A stretch of 64,000 nt of DNA. It comes from Octopus sinensis. Taxonomy: Eukaryota. The stretch's first letter is position 1, and each line of letters opens with the position of its first letter. A program made the translations under genes and the position numbers. The stretch lies in NCBI RefSeq assembly GCF_006345805.1, contig NW_021832254.1, forward strand, positions 1 through 64,000, given 5' to 3'. Below are positions 38,515 through 50,815 of this stretch, piece by piece. The notes below the pieces were generated by a model. That model saw only the letters and a program-made list of their open reading frames with translations. It was not told the DNA's origin and searched no databases.

Positions 38515-38712
38515 TATATAAAATTAGAGATAAAACCACTATTAGGCAAATCAAACAATGAAAAACATAAGCCAATACATAAAATTTATCTTTTATTAAT
38601 CTTTTAATACTTTTGATATATATTTAAAATAATATAAATTAATTTTATGTATTGGCTTATGTTTTTCATTGTTTGATTTGCCTAATAGTGGTTTTATCTC
38701 TAATTTAATATA
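38515..38712. repeat. Fold-back element (perfect ~66-bp arms) embedded in (TA)n
   Basis: AAATTAGAGATAAAACCACTATTAGGCAAATC...GCCAATACATAAAATT vs its reverse complement at 38641-38706. Confidence 0.9.
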
Positions 38713-38794
38713 ATATAATATATTTTACTATGACATTGGATTTAATCCTAAATCTGATTTTTCCCTGTAAGTTTGGATTTATTCCCTAATATGT

Positions 38795-38859
<65 letters not shown>

Positions 38860-39010
38860 TATCTATATGGAAAAGAGCGTGAAAAGAGAAAGTAAGAATG
38901 TCTGTGTGCAAACACACTCACTTTTATACCTTCTGCTTACTGCTGTCAAGTGGTTAATTTTGTTCAAACGGTTTAGACATAATTTGCTCACAACAAACCG
39001 CCAGACTAAA

Positions 39011-39415
39011 GCGGCGAGCTGGCAGAAACTTTACCACGCCTGGCGAAATGCTCGTAGTATTTCGTCTGTCTTTACATTCTGAGTTCAAATTCCGTCGTGG
39101 TCGACTTTGTCTTTCATCCTTTTGGGATCGATAAATTAAGTACCAGTTACGAACTGGAGTCGATCTAATCGACTTAATCCCTTTGTCTGTCCTTGTTTGT
39201 CATCTCTGTGTTTAGCCCCCTCGTGGGTAATAAAGAAATAGGTATTTCGTCTGTCGTTACGTTCTGAGTTCAAATTCCGCCGTGGTCGACTTTGCCTTTC
39301 ATCCTTTTGGGGTCGATAAATTAAGTACTAGTGGCGCATTGGGATCGATCTAATCGATTGCCCCCTTCTCCCACCTTCCCAAAAATTACGGAACATGTAT
39401 CTAGTGTAGAGAAGA
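39011..39415 (+). mobile_element. SINE family A dimer; second unit has an alternative tail
   Basis: Junction AAAGAAATA|GGTATTTC at 39240/41; second unit ends ...CCCAAAAATTACGGAAC instead of the TTTAGCCCC tail. Confidence 0.85.
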
Positions 39416-40098
39416 AGAAGCCGCTACAGTATACGGCGAGATGCAAACTGTAAACTAAGAAGTCTGTTTAAGAAAAACCAAATATAAAAACCTCGCAGCT
39501 TTGCGTAAACATAGTTTCGGTTTGAAAAGAACGCCAATAAAAGTACAGTTCATAATTTTTATAACTTTTATTCAAATGAGATGAGAAATGTTGAAGGTTT
39601 TATTTAAGAACACATTCTAACACATCACGTGATGTATCAAAACATGGCGGTTATTATGTGAGAAAGTTAAACAGCCTCAGGTGTTTCGCAGTGTTCTTTA
39701 TGATGGAGAGATTGCATTGGGGACGATATCGGAGAACATGTGTAAATGACACTGAAGGAAGTAGCTTTACAGCTGAAAAGGTCTGGAGGTTGAATGGAGG
39801 TGAGAAATGTAACGGGTGAGGATACTTGTACTTTTGACGCTCTCAGCTTATTTCAATATTTCTCACCATTTTACCCAGCGCTGATAAAATAAAATTACAA
39901 AACAAACGAATGCGTTCACCAACATATGTAAAATCACATTCACACATCCTCAAACACAGGCTTAGAGAATCGATCCTTTTCTGTATTTAATTGAGGCGAC
40001 ATTTTGCCACTTTATGATAACACTGTATCAAATGACATTTGAACGGATATACGTGTATATAAACATATACGTATGTATGTATGTGTGTGTGTGTGTAT

Positions 40099-40134
<36 letters not shown>

Positions 40135-40375
40135 GTATATATATATGAGTGTGTGTGTGTGTTAAAAGATATTCTTCGATAAGTTAGGGTTTTATTTTAA
40201 GTAGTATTGTTAAATGTTTCTTGGTCATTTATGGTTAAAACACGTATTTTTCTATATTTATTTGATAATTATTATAAGTTAAGATACGTACATTTACTAT
40301 ATAATTATTATTATTATCATCATCATTATTATTATTATTATTATTATTATTACTACTAGTACTACTACTACTACA

Positions 40376-40418
<43 letters not shown>

Positions 40419-40450
40419 ATAATACGAATACTACTACGAATACTACTATT

Positions 40451-40576
40451 TTAGACCTGATGAGTGACTATATTTTAAAATAGAATTAAGTTTAGATCGA
40501 TTTAACTTCAAATCGAATTGATGTTATTATTATTATCATCTATTTGAAAATATAGCCACGAAACGCGCGTAGTTAA
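40451..40576 (+). ncRNA. Type I hammerhead ribozyme, intact core, long stem II (PLE-associated type)
   Basis: CTGATGA 40457-40463; stem II GTGACTATATTTT/AAAATATAGCCAC (12/13 pairs, G10.1-C11.1); GAAA 40560-40563; palindromic stem III ACGCGCGT; GUA triplet (cut after 40571); stem I UU(A)GAC/GUUAA. Confidence 0.8.
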
Positions 40577-40740
40577 TTTACTACTATTTAATATTTATTG
40601 TTTATGCACTATATTGATTTTTAGAAGTTTTTATAGTATATTTATCTTTTCTATGTGTTGTGAATAACGTCTTTCACTATTGAATTGCTTAATAGAAGTT
40701 TTTCCCTGAATTATATACATATATATGTATAAATATAATG

Positions 40741-40787
40741 TGTCAAAATATTTTCGTCGCGTTGAGACCGTGATGTGTTAACTGACA
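40741..40787 (-). ncRNA. Hammerhead-like motif with apparent G3:C8 core swap
   Basis: Minus strand UGUCA-GUUAACA-c-aUCaCG gucucaa CGCGAC-GAAA-AUAU-UU-UGACA; followed on + by the perfect hairpin AAATTCCGTG-ctg-CACGGAATTT. Confidence 0.45.
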
Positions 40788-41316
40788 AAATTCCGTGCTG
40801 CACGGAATTTAACAGTTTTTGTGTGTTTTTAAATGGCTTACAAACACCTTCCACGCTGCAACTGTTTTTGTTTCAACACGCAATCTCTAATCAGGTCAGT
40901 TGCTATGCAAGTACATCTCCCTAACTCATAGACATTCTTCGCTCAAAAACCAGTTTTATAGATTCTTCTTTGAAAATTCCTTTTAGTTATCATACTGTTT
41001 TGTGTAGGCTGAAATCTGTAGAACAACAGAAAATGAAACCTGGCAGTTTCTTGCAATAAATCTAAAGTAATTTTTTTCATGGACCAATGAATTACCACAG
41101 TGGACCAAATTTACTATTTTGCTCCTTTGGATCCCGAAAAATCTTATATGAACCTCAAAGGGTCGTATGAACCTTTGTTAAGAACCAATGCTGAGACCAC
41201 ACAAAGGAAACACTGTACCGCGTAGAATTAGAAAACCCTGTTTATGTGGTCTAAATTTGCAACAGTCTTTAATAATTAGAAATATTGAATTTCTAAATGT
41301 CTCAGAGTGACCTGAG

Positions 41317-42320
41317 CGGTGGTGGGGCGATATAGTGATTGTATACTGTCACCTCAACGTGAGAGTCCCGTAAAGGGAATCACACCACCGCTATTTAGCC
41401 CTAGGAAGCATCGACGCTTCCTGTCGGCTTTGACACATTTCTTGTGTCCTTATATTTGCAAAGGGGGTGCTTGCCTCCCCTTTACGGGACTGTCACTTTG
41501 AGATGACAGTATACAACCATTATATCGCCCCACCACCGTACATATCTCTATGTAATCAGTGAATAAACTTCACTGAAAATTAGATATATATATTTTCGAA
41601 ATCGAGACAAATATTCGCAGCTAGCAGGCTTATGCTACTCTAGACCGATGAAGGGCAAAGACCCTCAAACATGCTTGTCTCTAGATGCAGGCCTAGCTGT
41701 TGGGGGTATTTGTCTCCCCTTCGTAAGTATATAAGGACACAGTAAGTGTGTCGAAGCCAACAAGAAGCGTCGATGCTTCATAGGGCTAAACAGCGGTGGT
41801 GTAATCCCCTACTGTCACGTTAAGTCTTTAATAAGATAACTAGAAATTGCCAACATCAAACAACTCGGCCTCATCAAAACGTCGTATATCTGGTTATGTT
41901 ATGAGCGATGGCGTTATCACCACCAACAAAACCCTGACAGTGTGTCGAAGCCAACAGGAAGCGTTGATGCTTCCTAGGGCTAAACAGCGGTGGTGTAATC
42001 CCCTACTGTCACGTTAAGTCTTTAATAAGATAACTAGAAATTACCAACATCAAACAACCCGGCCTCATCTAAACGGCGTATATCTGGTTATGTTATGAGC
42101 GATGGCGTTATCACCACCAACAAAACCCTGACAGTGTGTCGAAGCCAACAGGAAGCGTTGATGCTTCCTAGGGCTAAACAGCGGTGGTGTAATCCCCTAC
42201 TGTCACGTTAAGTCTTTAATAAGATAACTAGAAATTACCAACATCAAACAACTCGGCCTCATCCAAACGACGTATATCTGGTTATGTTATGAGCGATGGA
42301 GTTATCACCACCAACAAAGT
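41317..42320. mobile_element. Nested fold-back, hammerhead and 3 x 194-bp tandem repeat; probable PLE pseudo-LTR complex
   Basis: ~60-bp IRs at 41317-41378 / 41477-41538; the loop between them is inverted at 41716-41810; tandem units start at 41745, 41939 and 42133. Confidence 0.65.
41639..41685 (+). ncRNA. Degenerate type I hammerhead at the tip of a long hairpin
   Basis: TCTAGA-CCGATGA(U4>C)-AGGG caaaga CCCT-CAAA(G12>C)-CATGCTTG-TC-TCTAGA; stem I extends through CAGCTAG/CTAGCTG and GAGACAAATA/TATTTGTCTC. Confidence 0.6.
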
Positions 42321-42829
42321 AAACAATCGTGAAGGTTTGAGACATCGGATAAGCTATCACAGACCAACAAACAGAGATAATGGCAGATATCTTCAGTTAT
42401 GATTTTGGCAAGGAAGCTTCTATTCCGATATTCAATAAATTATTACAGAAATCTAACATCAGTGTTAATGGCTAGTGAAGTGCGATATCAGACTTACGCT
42501 TCTGATTATTATGTGACGGGTTGCATTAACGCCAAATTTCAGTATAGAAAGAGAAAGAAGAGAGAATAAATGCATTTATGATTTACAGTATTCGTATTGA
42601 AACACTCTGTGTATAGATATCAAGTATTTAAATCCATTGCTCGTGCTTTTACACAATTGAGGAACGAATATCAATCGTCCTTTTGTGTTAGGTTATTTGC
42701 CCCCTCGGCGAATCGCGCTGCAAATGCAAAATTCATATTATAAATGCGGAAATGGTGGACTTTTAAAAAGCTGGGGAGGAGTTGTTGTTAGTGGTGAGAG
42801 TGTTTTTGATACGGATGTGAAGTGATGAC

Positions 42830-43880
42830 GAAAGGAAGGAAGGAAGGAATGGAATGGAAGGAGGGATGGAGAGGGAGGGAGGGAGGAAGGAAGGAAAGAA
42901 GGAAAGAATGGAGGGAAGGAAGGAGGAAGGAGGGAGGAAGGAAGGAAGGAAGCAAAGAAGGAAAGAAGGAAGGATGGAAGGAAGGAAGGAAGGAAGGAGC
43001 GAGGGAGGGAGGAAGGAAGGAAGGAAAGAAGGAAGGACGGGGGGAAGGTAGGAAGGAAGGAAGGAGGGAGGGATGGAGGGAAGGAAGGAAGGAAGGAATG
43101 GAAGGAGAGATGGAAGGAAGCAAGGAAGGAAGGAAGGAGGGAAGGAAGGAAGGCAGGAAGGGAGGGAGGAAGGGATGGAGGAAGGGAGGAAGGAAGGAAA
43201 GAATGAAGGGTGGAGGGAGGGGGAGGGAAGGTAGGTAGGAAGGAAGGAAGGAAGGAAGGAAGGAAGGAGGGAAGGAAGGAGCGAGGGAGGGAGGAAGGAA
43301 GGAAGGAAAGAAGGAAGGACGGGGGAAGGTAGGAAGGAAGGAAGAAAGGAAGGAGGGAGGGATGGAGGGAAGGAAGGAAGGAAGGAAGGGAAGGAGAGAT
43401 GGAAGGAGGGAAGGAAGGAAGGAAGGAAGGAAGGAAGGGAGGGAGGAAGGGAGGAAGGAAGGGAGGAAGGAAGGAAAGAATGAAGGGTGGAGGGAGGGGG
43501 AGGGAAGGTAGGTAGGAAGGAAGGAGGGAAGGAAGGAGGGAAGGAAGGAAAGAAGGAATGAGGGAGGGAGGAAGGAGGGAGGAAGAAAGAAAGAAGGAAG
43601 GAAGGAAGGAAGGATGGAGGGAAGGAAAAATGAAGGATGGAGGGAAAGAAGGAAAGAAGGAATGAGGGAGGGAGGGAGGGAAGGGTGGATGGCTGATGGA
43701 GGGAGGGACGGATGAATGGAGAGAGGGAGGCTAGGGAGGGATGAAAGGATGGATGGATGGAAGGATGGAGGGAGGAATGGATGGAGGGAGGGAGAGATGC
43801 ATGGATAGAGAGAGGGACGAAAGAACGCATGGATGAATGGATGCACGGACAGACGGACAGATGGACTGATGGATGGATGC
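42830..43880. repeat. ~1-kb (GGAA/GGAG/GGAT)n polypurine tract with ~280-bp internal duplication
   Basis: Seen directly; GAAGGAGCGAGGGAGG and GAATGAAGGGTGGAGG each occur twice, ~280 bp apart. Confidence 0.92.
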
Positions 43881-44269
43881 CTGGATGTTAGATTTTGGAA
43901 GGAATATGGTCAATCGATACAGAGCTCGCTGATCAATAATGTACTTCAGCATCATGATCCATATCGTCAACGTCACTTTCATCATCTCCAACATCACCGT
44001 CATCAACATCAAGATCCTCATCATCAGCAGCAGCAGCAGCATCATGGCTACTGTAAGATTTTCATCATCATATTCATCATCATCGTCGTCATCATCCTCT
44101 TCATCAATATATTTATCATCCCTGCCGTCATCGTTTTCGTCCCTCTCCTCCCCTCCTCCTCATCCCCTTCATCATCAGCTGCAGATCGACTGTCACAATC
44201 ACCACTATGACCTTTCATTGCATCAAAGGAAGAATTTATAAAATGAGTGACACATTGTTTACTCTTACC

Positions 44270-44695
44270 CAAGATACACTTTTCCCAAACCAACATAATA
44301 AAGTCAATATGAGGACATGAAATACAAAAGTTGCGGCATCTTCAAACGAGAACTGTTACTGTTATAGTAGGTGCCCTAGGTATGATAACAAAGGGATATC
44401 AGGGACATCTAGATAAGATCCCAGGAGAACCATGTCTCAGAGAAATCCAAGAGATTGTGCTGACAAGTACTGCTTACATCCATAGAAAAACGTTATCCAT
44501 TTAGATGTCTGTGTTGTATTGCATAAAGATAATTCACTACCTCTACGCCCTAAGCTTTCAGTCATATTGTAATATCTCTTGCCCTTTACTCGCCCCCAGG
44601 ACGCTGGATGTGTCTCAGCAAGTGACTGTAACAAATATGCAGATTAATAATAATAATAATAATAATAATATAATAATAATATAATAATAATAATA
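44270..44695 (+). mobile_element. R4/Dong-type LINE 3' end with (TAA)n tail
   Basis: Translates TVTVIVGALGMITKG...IPGEPCLREIQEIVLTSTAYIHRKTLSI*; homologous to ORF 6757-7017. Confidence 0.8.
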
Positions 44696-45066
44696 ATAGT
44701 GGGGGAGCATCATAGCCATGTGTTGGGAGGGATTCTTTTGGGTTTGAATAATTCACCTCTGGAAACATGGGTGTTTCGTTCAACATCTTTAAACAACCCT
44801 TTTTCAGAGACCTTTTGAATGGATGGGTCACTCGACCAGAAGAAAATTCTAACTGGGCCCCACCTGCAAGGTATGTGCTGTTTATCTTGATATGAGATCA
44901 GCATGTTGTGCACATATGGTTGTGATGCATGTGCCTGATGTACCCTTATCAGATGGGTTGTCATGATGGGTATACTGGGCTTCGTATATTTTACCCCAGT
45001 GTCACTTTGATGGCATGCACTGATCTCTCACTCAATAATAATAAAAATAATAATAATAACAATAAT
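44696..45066 (+). mobile_element. Non-autonomous (AAT)n-tailed retroelement, 5'-truncated
   Basis: Matches 33985-34268 and the reverse complement of 60828-61165. Confidence 0.85.
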
Positions 45067-45134
45067 CATTTGTTATTCATGATGGCCTCAAATTTTATGG
45101 TAATGAAAAAGCCCAAGTCAGTTCCCTCGTTGAT

Positions 45135-45245
45135 ACGGTGTATACCTTCAGTGCTGATATCAGAATGGAGTTCGGACTGAAAAGTTGTGGTGTGTTAGTT
45201 TTGAAGAGAGGTAAAATCAAATGTATGGACGGGCTAATGATACTA
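45135..45245 (+). pseudogene. R4/Dong-type RT fragment
   Basis: YTFSADIRMEFGLKSCGVLVLKRGK matches the FSxDIxMxFGLxKC motif downstream of YxDD. Confidence 0.7.
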
Positions 45246-45515
45246 GGAATCTCGTAATTGCAAGGGTCTCGTGATTTCAAAGGACATTTCTTTACTGTTT
45301 TACCACAATTTAATTGCATGAAAGGGAATAAATATATGATTCAAATCCAACATTGAAACTAGTAAGGAACTCGGAACAAATAGAGACATGTTATTATATA
45401 TTTAATGGTGAAACTTTCCACAGCATTTCTCCCCTTTAGAACATGAAATTTTGAATTTATATGAAACATAAAATAAGGCAATCCGTTAAAAATACGAATG
45501 AACATGAGGTTCACG

Positions 45516-45604
45516 CATTTCTGAGGATTTGACAACACAATATGATTATACTGTACATAATGTAACTGATAACCATTAATTTTTAATGAAACGCATGTAA
45601 GATG
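45516..45604 (+). ncRNA. Type I hammerhead motif, near-intact core
   Basis: Stem I CATTT/AGATG (5 pairs, one G.U); CTGAGGA 45521-45527; ~60-nt imperfect stem II; GAAA 45588-45591; CGCATG; GUA triplet. Confidence 0.6.
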
Positions 45605-45614
45605 ATACAATTGA

Positions 45615-45839
45615 TAAGTAGCCTGCTTACCAACCACATGGTTCCAGGTTCAGTTGCACTGCGTGGCATCTTGGGCAGATGTTTTCTACTATAGCATCGA
45701 GCCAACCAAAGCCCTTCGTATATATGTATATATGTATATATATGTATATATGTACGTGTGTGTCTTCTACTATAGCCTCGGGCCGACCAAAGCCTTGTGA
45801 GTGGATTTGGTAAACGGAAAGTGAAAGAAGACCGTCGTA

Positions 45840-45884
<45 letters not shown>

Positions 45885-46117
45885 ATGTATATGTTTGTGT
45901 GTCTGTGTTTGTCCCCCCAGCATCGCTTGACAACCGATGCTAGCCTGTTTAAGTCCCCGTAACTTAGCGGTTCGGCAAAAGAGCCCGTTAGAATAAGTAC
46001 TAGGCTTACAAAGAATAAATCCTGGGTTCGATTTGCTCGACTAAAAGCGGTGCTCCATCATGGTTACAGTCAAATGATTGAAACAAGTAAAGGAGTAAAA
46101 AAGAAGAGTAAAAGAGT
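45615..46117 (+). mobile_element. SINE family B with internal duplication
   Basis: The TTCTACTATAGC..CG.GCC.ACCAAAGCC segment occurs twice, separated by (TA)n. Confidence 0.85.
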
Positions 46118-46388
46118 ATTTTGTTTTGTTTCGTTTTGTCTTTTATCTGCATTTGGTAAAGCGGTGTTCTGGCAGAATGGTTACCGTGCAAGACGTATTG
46201 CTTAGCGGCATTTCTTCCGACGTTACAATTCTGAGATCAAATCCAAACGAGGTCGACATTGTCTCACATCATTTCCGAGTCAATACAATCCTTCCCGGTT
46301 GAGCACTGGGGTCAATGTAATCGACTTAACCGCTTTCCCCAAAATTACTGTCCTTCTGCCAGAATTTGAAGTCTATGTGTACTCTGGG

Positions 46389-46705
46389 AGTGGAGTCGCA
46401 ATGGCCCAGTGGTTAGGGCAGCGCACTCGCGCTTGAAGGATCGCAGTTTCAATTCCCAGACTGGGCGTTATGTATGTTTATTGAGCGAAAGCATCTAAAG
46501 CTCCACGAGGCTCCGGCAGGGGTAGTGGCGACCTTTGTTGTACTCTTTCGCCCCAACTTTGTCTCACACTTTCTTCCTGTTTTTTGAGTAACGTTGGGAT
46601 AGACTGGCGTCCCGTCCAGGTGGGGGGAACACATATGCCATAGAAACCGGAAAACGGGGCCCATGCGCCTGGCTAGGCTTGAAAAGGACGCATGAATAAA
46701 TAAAA
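46389..46705 (+). mobile_element. SINE family C (tail type iii, V-domain-like GACTGGCGTCCCGTCCAGG)
   Basis: Family C head with a third, unrelated 3' part. Confidence 0.8.
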
Positions 46706-47995
46706 AACGTACTCTGGGCCATACTTAACTCCGAATTCCGATTGACGATACGCAGTGATTCATTTACACAAACCGCCAGAAATTTTGACACCATATAAAT
46801 TCGAACCCAGATACTCTGGAACTGCAGACATGAGAATTATATGTCATATACCATTATGGCTTTGTCCACTGGATCACTCGATTTACTTCTTTGTAACCAG
46901 CAGAGAACCATCATGACTTCTATCAAATGTATAGCTATTGATTGCCGTGATTGATTTTCAAAGTCGTGTGGAATAGACATTTCTAAATCCTTTGAAAGAC
47001 GAATAACTAAAGAAAGCAAATGTGAATTCAAAAGTAACAAGAAAATAGATTATATATATATATAAATACAGAAGAAAAACCCCCATTAGGCTATTAGATT
47101 CAGCCAGCAATTTTATCTCATTTAAAAGTCGTAACTCTTCTTAAAGTTCTCAGAAAGATAGCCAAGAGCGGTTACTTTCTATATACGACTCAGCATTAAC
47201 ATGAAAAGAACCGATCGGTCTTTACAAATGTACTGAATAACCTCAACTCTTTCAATATTATTTATATAAGTTTGACGTCATGTCATTTATCCGGCTGACA
47301 TTTATAACTGACACATGTAAACAGCTAAAAACACACGAGAACCTCTCGTACGTACAAGTAATATATAAATAAATAAATAAATAAATAAATACACACACGT
47401 CCGCGTACGTACGTAGCTCTTACACGAAATGGCTAAATGGATCAGGAGAAATGCATTGCATCCATGGGATCTCCGGTTCGATCCCATTCCGGAGCATCTT
47501 GGACAAATGCATTCACCTTAGCACAGAGACGGACTAGCGGTTTGGTAAGGTGAAAGCTTTTCGAAGACTTTTAGATGGGTTGTAATTGTGCTTAAATTTA
47601 CAGATTCAACTTTCTCGAACTGCGACGAGGATGGATATTTGAGGTATTCTAGTTCATTCTTCGGCGATTCTACTTGAAATTCAGGCGATCGAAGAAAGGG
47701 ACGTTTATTGGTTGAAAGAAGCGTAGATTCTATCACGTGCGTGTGTAAGTATGCGTGTGTGTGTGTGCACGTGTGCGGATGCATGCACTTGTTTGCGTGC
47801 GTGTCAGTGCATGTTTTTGTGTGCAAGTGTATGTGTGTGTCTGCGTATGCGTGCATGCGTGCTTTTAAGTCTGCGTGTAGGTTCGTGTTTGTGTTTCTGT
47901 GTATGAGCACGCGTGCATGTTTATGTGTGTGTACGAGTGTGTGGTGGGGTGTCTTTTGAAATTACGATAAACACAACTTTATACCACTTGTTCCT

Positions 47996-48410
47996 TATTT
48001 CTTTATTGCCCACAAGGGTCTAAACATAGGGAGGACAAACAAGGACAGACCACGGGATTAAGTCGATTGCATCGACCCCAGTGGTTAACTTATACTTAAC
48101 TTATCGACCCCGAAATGATGAAAGGCAAAGTCGACCTCAGAGAAATTTGAATTCAGAACGTAACGACAGACGAAATACCTATTTCTTTACTACCCACAAG
48201 GAGCTACACACAGAGGGGATAAACAACGGTAGACAAACGGATTAAGTCGATTATATCGACCCCAGTGCGTAACTGGTACTTATTTAATTGACCCCGAAAG
48301 GATGAAAGGCTACATGGACCACGGCTGAATTTGAACTCAGAACGTTGCGGCAGACGAAATACCGCTAAGCATTTCACCCGGCGTGCTAACGTTTCTGCCA
48401 GCTCGCCGCC
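47996..48410 (-). mobile_element. SINE family A, head plus two units
   Basis: TSD TACCACTTGTTCCT on both sides of the dimer. Confidence 0.9.
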
Positions 48411-50116
48411 TTTCTTACCACTTGTTCCTACGTACGTACCATTGTGGTTGTCTGGAGTCCCTTCATATGTGTACCTAGTACAATAGAAATACTAAACTGA
48501 TCGGATCACCTGGGAGCACTTTGTTGCATTATATCACATACAGCGAATCTCCGGACTTGGATCGAACGCGAGACATAATTATTTTATAAAAATTTTGTTA
48601 GTGACAAACATAAAAAGATAAGCGTAGAAAAACACAAAATCCAATCCAGAGTTCCTAACAACTATAATGCTAAATCGTTCGTTATTTGCTCTGTAAATCA
48701 TAGCTAGTAACATACTAAGTGTAATAGTTACATAAGCACTTCAGTGGAAGCGGACTGGACGATGACAATCTACGTTGAGCTCTAAACATAACAGAAATAT
48801 TTGCTATATTTTTATATAGAAAGGATCTGCGACTTGGAAGTCGTTCCATTACAAAGGAACGCAATAACAAAGGAATGCAAATATATGTGTGTGTGTATGT
48901 GTATGTCTGTGTGTGGGGGGATGTATGTGAGTGCGTGTGTGTCTGTATGTGTGTGTGTGTGTGTGTGTGTGTATGGAAACTAGGATGTTAGTCCCGAGAA
49001 ATAGATATTATCTATTTGAACAGACGTCAATGTTTCTAAACTAAATATTTATATCTCTTCCAAAATTACATATCTTCTCCATTTTCAAAATTTCATTATT
49101 TGATTACGCTGGAATTGTCTGTTGCTTGCTGTTTCGAAGGATTTAAACACGTTTGTAGCCAGATTCAAACAGTAATTGCATGGGAATTGTCAGGTAATTG
49201 ACGATATCCACCTTTCTCTTATTACATTTCTAGAGACCTGCCGTATTATCCAAACGTATCAGTCTGTCAGGTTATCATAGTGATTTGGTTTATATTATAG
49301 TGTAAACAAGAGTACATCGTACTTTCCATGAAATTTAATAAAGCTAAGACCTACAAATTTCAGGACATGTATATAAATACGTGTATGTGTTTCTCTCTGA
49401 GTCTGCGCATGCGTGTGAGAGGTATGTGAGGAATATATCTCGAGCAAGATAATTGCCGGGCTCGTAAATTCCTTGAGGCATTCTTAAAGAGAAGAGCCAA
49501 TTAGTATGCACTAATTGGGTAAATGCCTCCAATACAAACAACGAAGACGGCAGACTTTACCATTTCTCTGAAAAACCATGCAGAACAACACACATACATA
49601 AACACACGTATATAAACAGATATATACATATATATACATACATATACAATATATATATATATATATATATATATGTACCCGAATACAACCATCTATCCAT
49701 CTATCGATAAATGCATACATGCATATTCCTATATGTATATTATATACCTTATCTATATATACGTATGCAGAAACACACACACTCACATAAACTATATATA
49801 TATATACATATATATATACATATATGTAGGTATGTATGCATAGTTGAAGGATCGAATAGAGATAGAGGTAGAACAAGCGAGGAATAAATGTCAATCTACA
49901 CACAGAACCGAAATGAATAATTTCATGGAACTATGAAACTTGAACAAATAACGAACGAAAGTACTCAAAGGAATCTACTCTGAAATTCCGACTTCTTCAT
50001 CCAGGGAAAGACCATCCCATGGTTGCGTTAAAAGAAACACAAATTGAAATGTTACGGAGGTAACAAGGTATGCATTTACGTGGAGCACGAGATACTAATT
50101 AGAGAATAGGGAAATA

Positions 50117-50518
50117 TAGCTTGCTAACCAACCACATGGTTCCGGGTTCAGTCCCACTGCGTGGCATCTTGGGCAAGTGTCTTCTGCTATAGCCCCGGGC
50201 CGACCAATGCCTTGTGAGTGGATTTGGTAGACGGAAACTGAAAGAAGTCTGTCGTATTCGTATATATGTATATATATAATATATATATATATATGTTTGC
50301 GTGTGTGTTTGTGTGTCTGTGTTTGTCCCCCTAGCATTGCTTGACAACTGATGCTGGTGTGTTTACGTCCCCGTCACTTAGCGGTTCGGCAAAAGAGACC
50401 GATAGAATAAGTACTGAGCTTACGAAGAATAAGTCCCGGGGTCGATTTGCTCGACTAAAGGCGGTGCTCCAGCATGGCCGCAGTCAAATGACTGAAACAA
50501 GTAAAAGAGAGTAAAAGA
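50117..50518 (+). mobile_element. SINE family B
   Basis: Nearly identical to 14296-14714, slightly 5'-truncated. Confidence 0.9.
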
Positions 50519-50605
50519 TATGTATATATATATATATATATTGGGCCACTCGGTGTTGAATAGCGTTACTATTAAATTAGTATCTAATTCTATCACCCTT
50601 ATTAA

Positions 50606-50642
<37 letters not shown>

Positions 50643-50815
50643 ATCAGTTTGTGTTGCAATATTCCAGATGGGACATCGTTTGTTGAAAAACATATTTTTG
50701 TATTTCGGGACGGTCATTTGTTCTCCCTTTTTTGCCAAATAAACACACGCACTATATATTTGTTCTTCACTCGTTTATTACTGTTCATATTTTTATTATT
50801 TTAACTGATGTCCAT

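Noticed and set aside
41745-42320. 194-bp repeats as a CRISPR array or centromeric satellite
   Set aside because: Only three contiguous copies, no spacers, and embedded in a fold-back element.
42763-43846. 350-aa PSFL-repeat ORFs
   Set aside because: Read-through of (TTCC)n.
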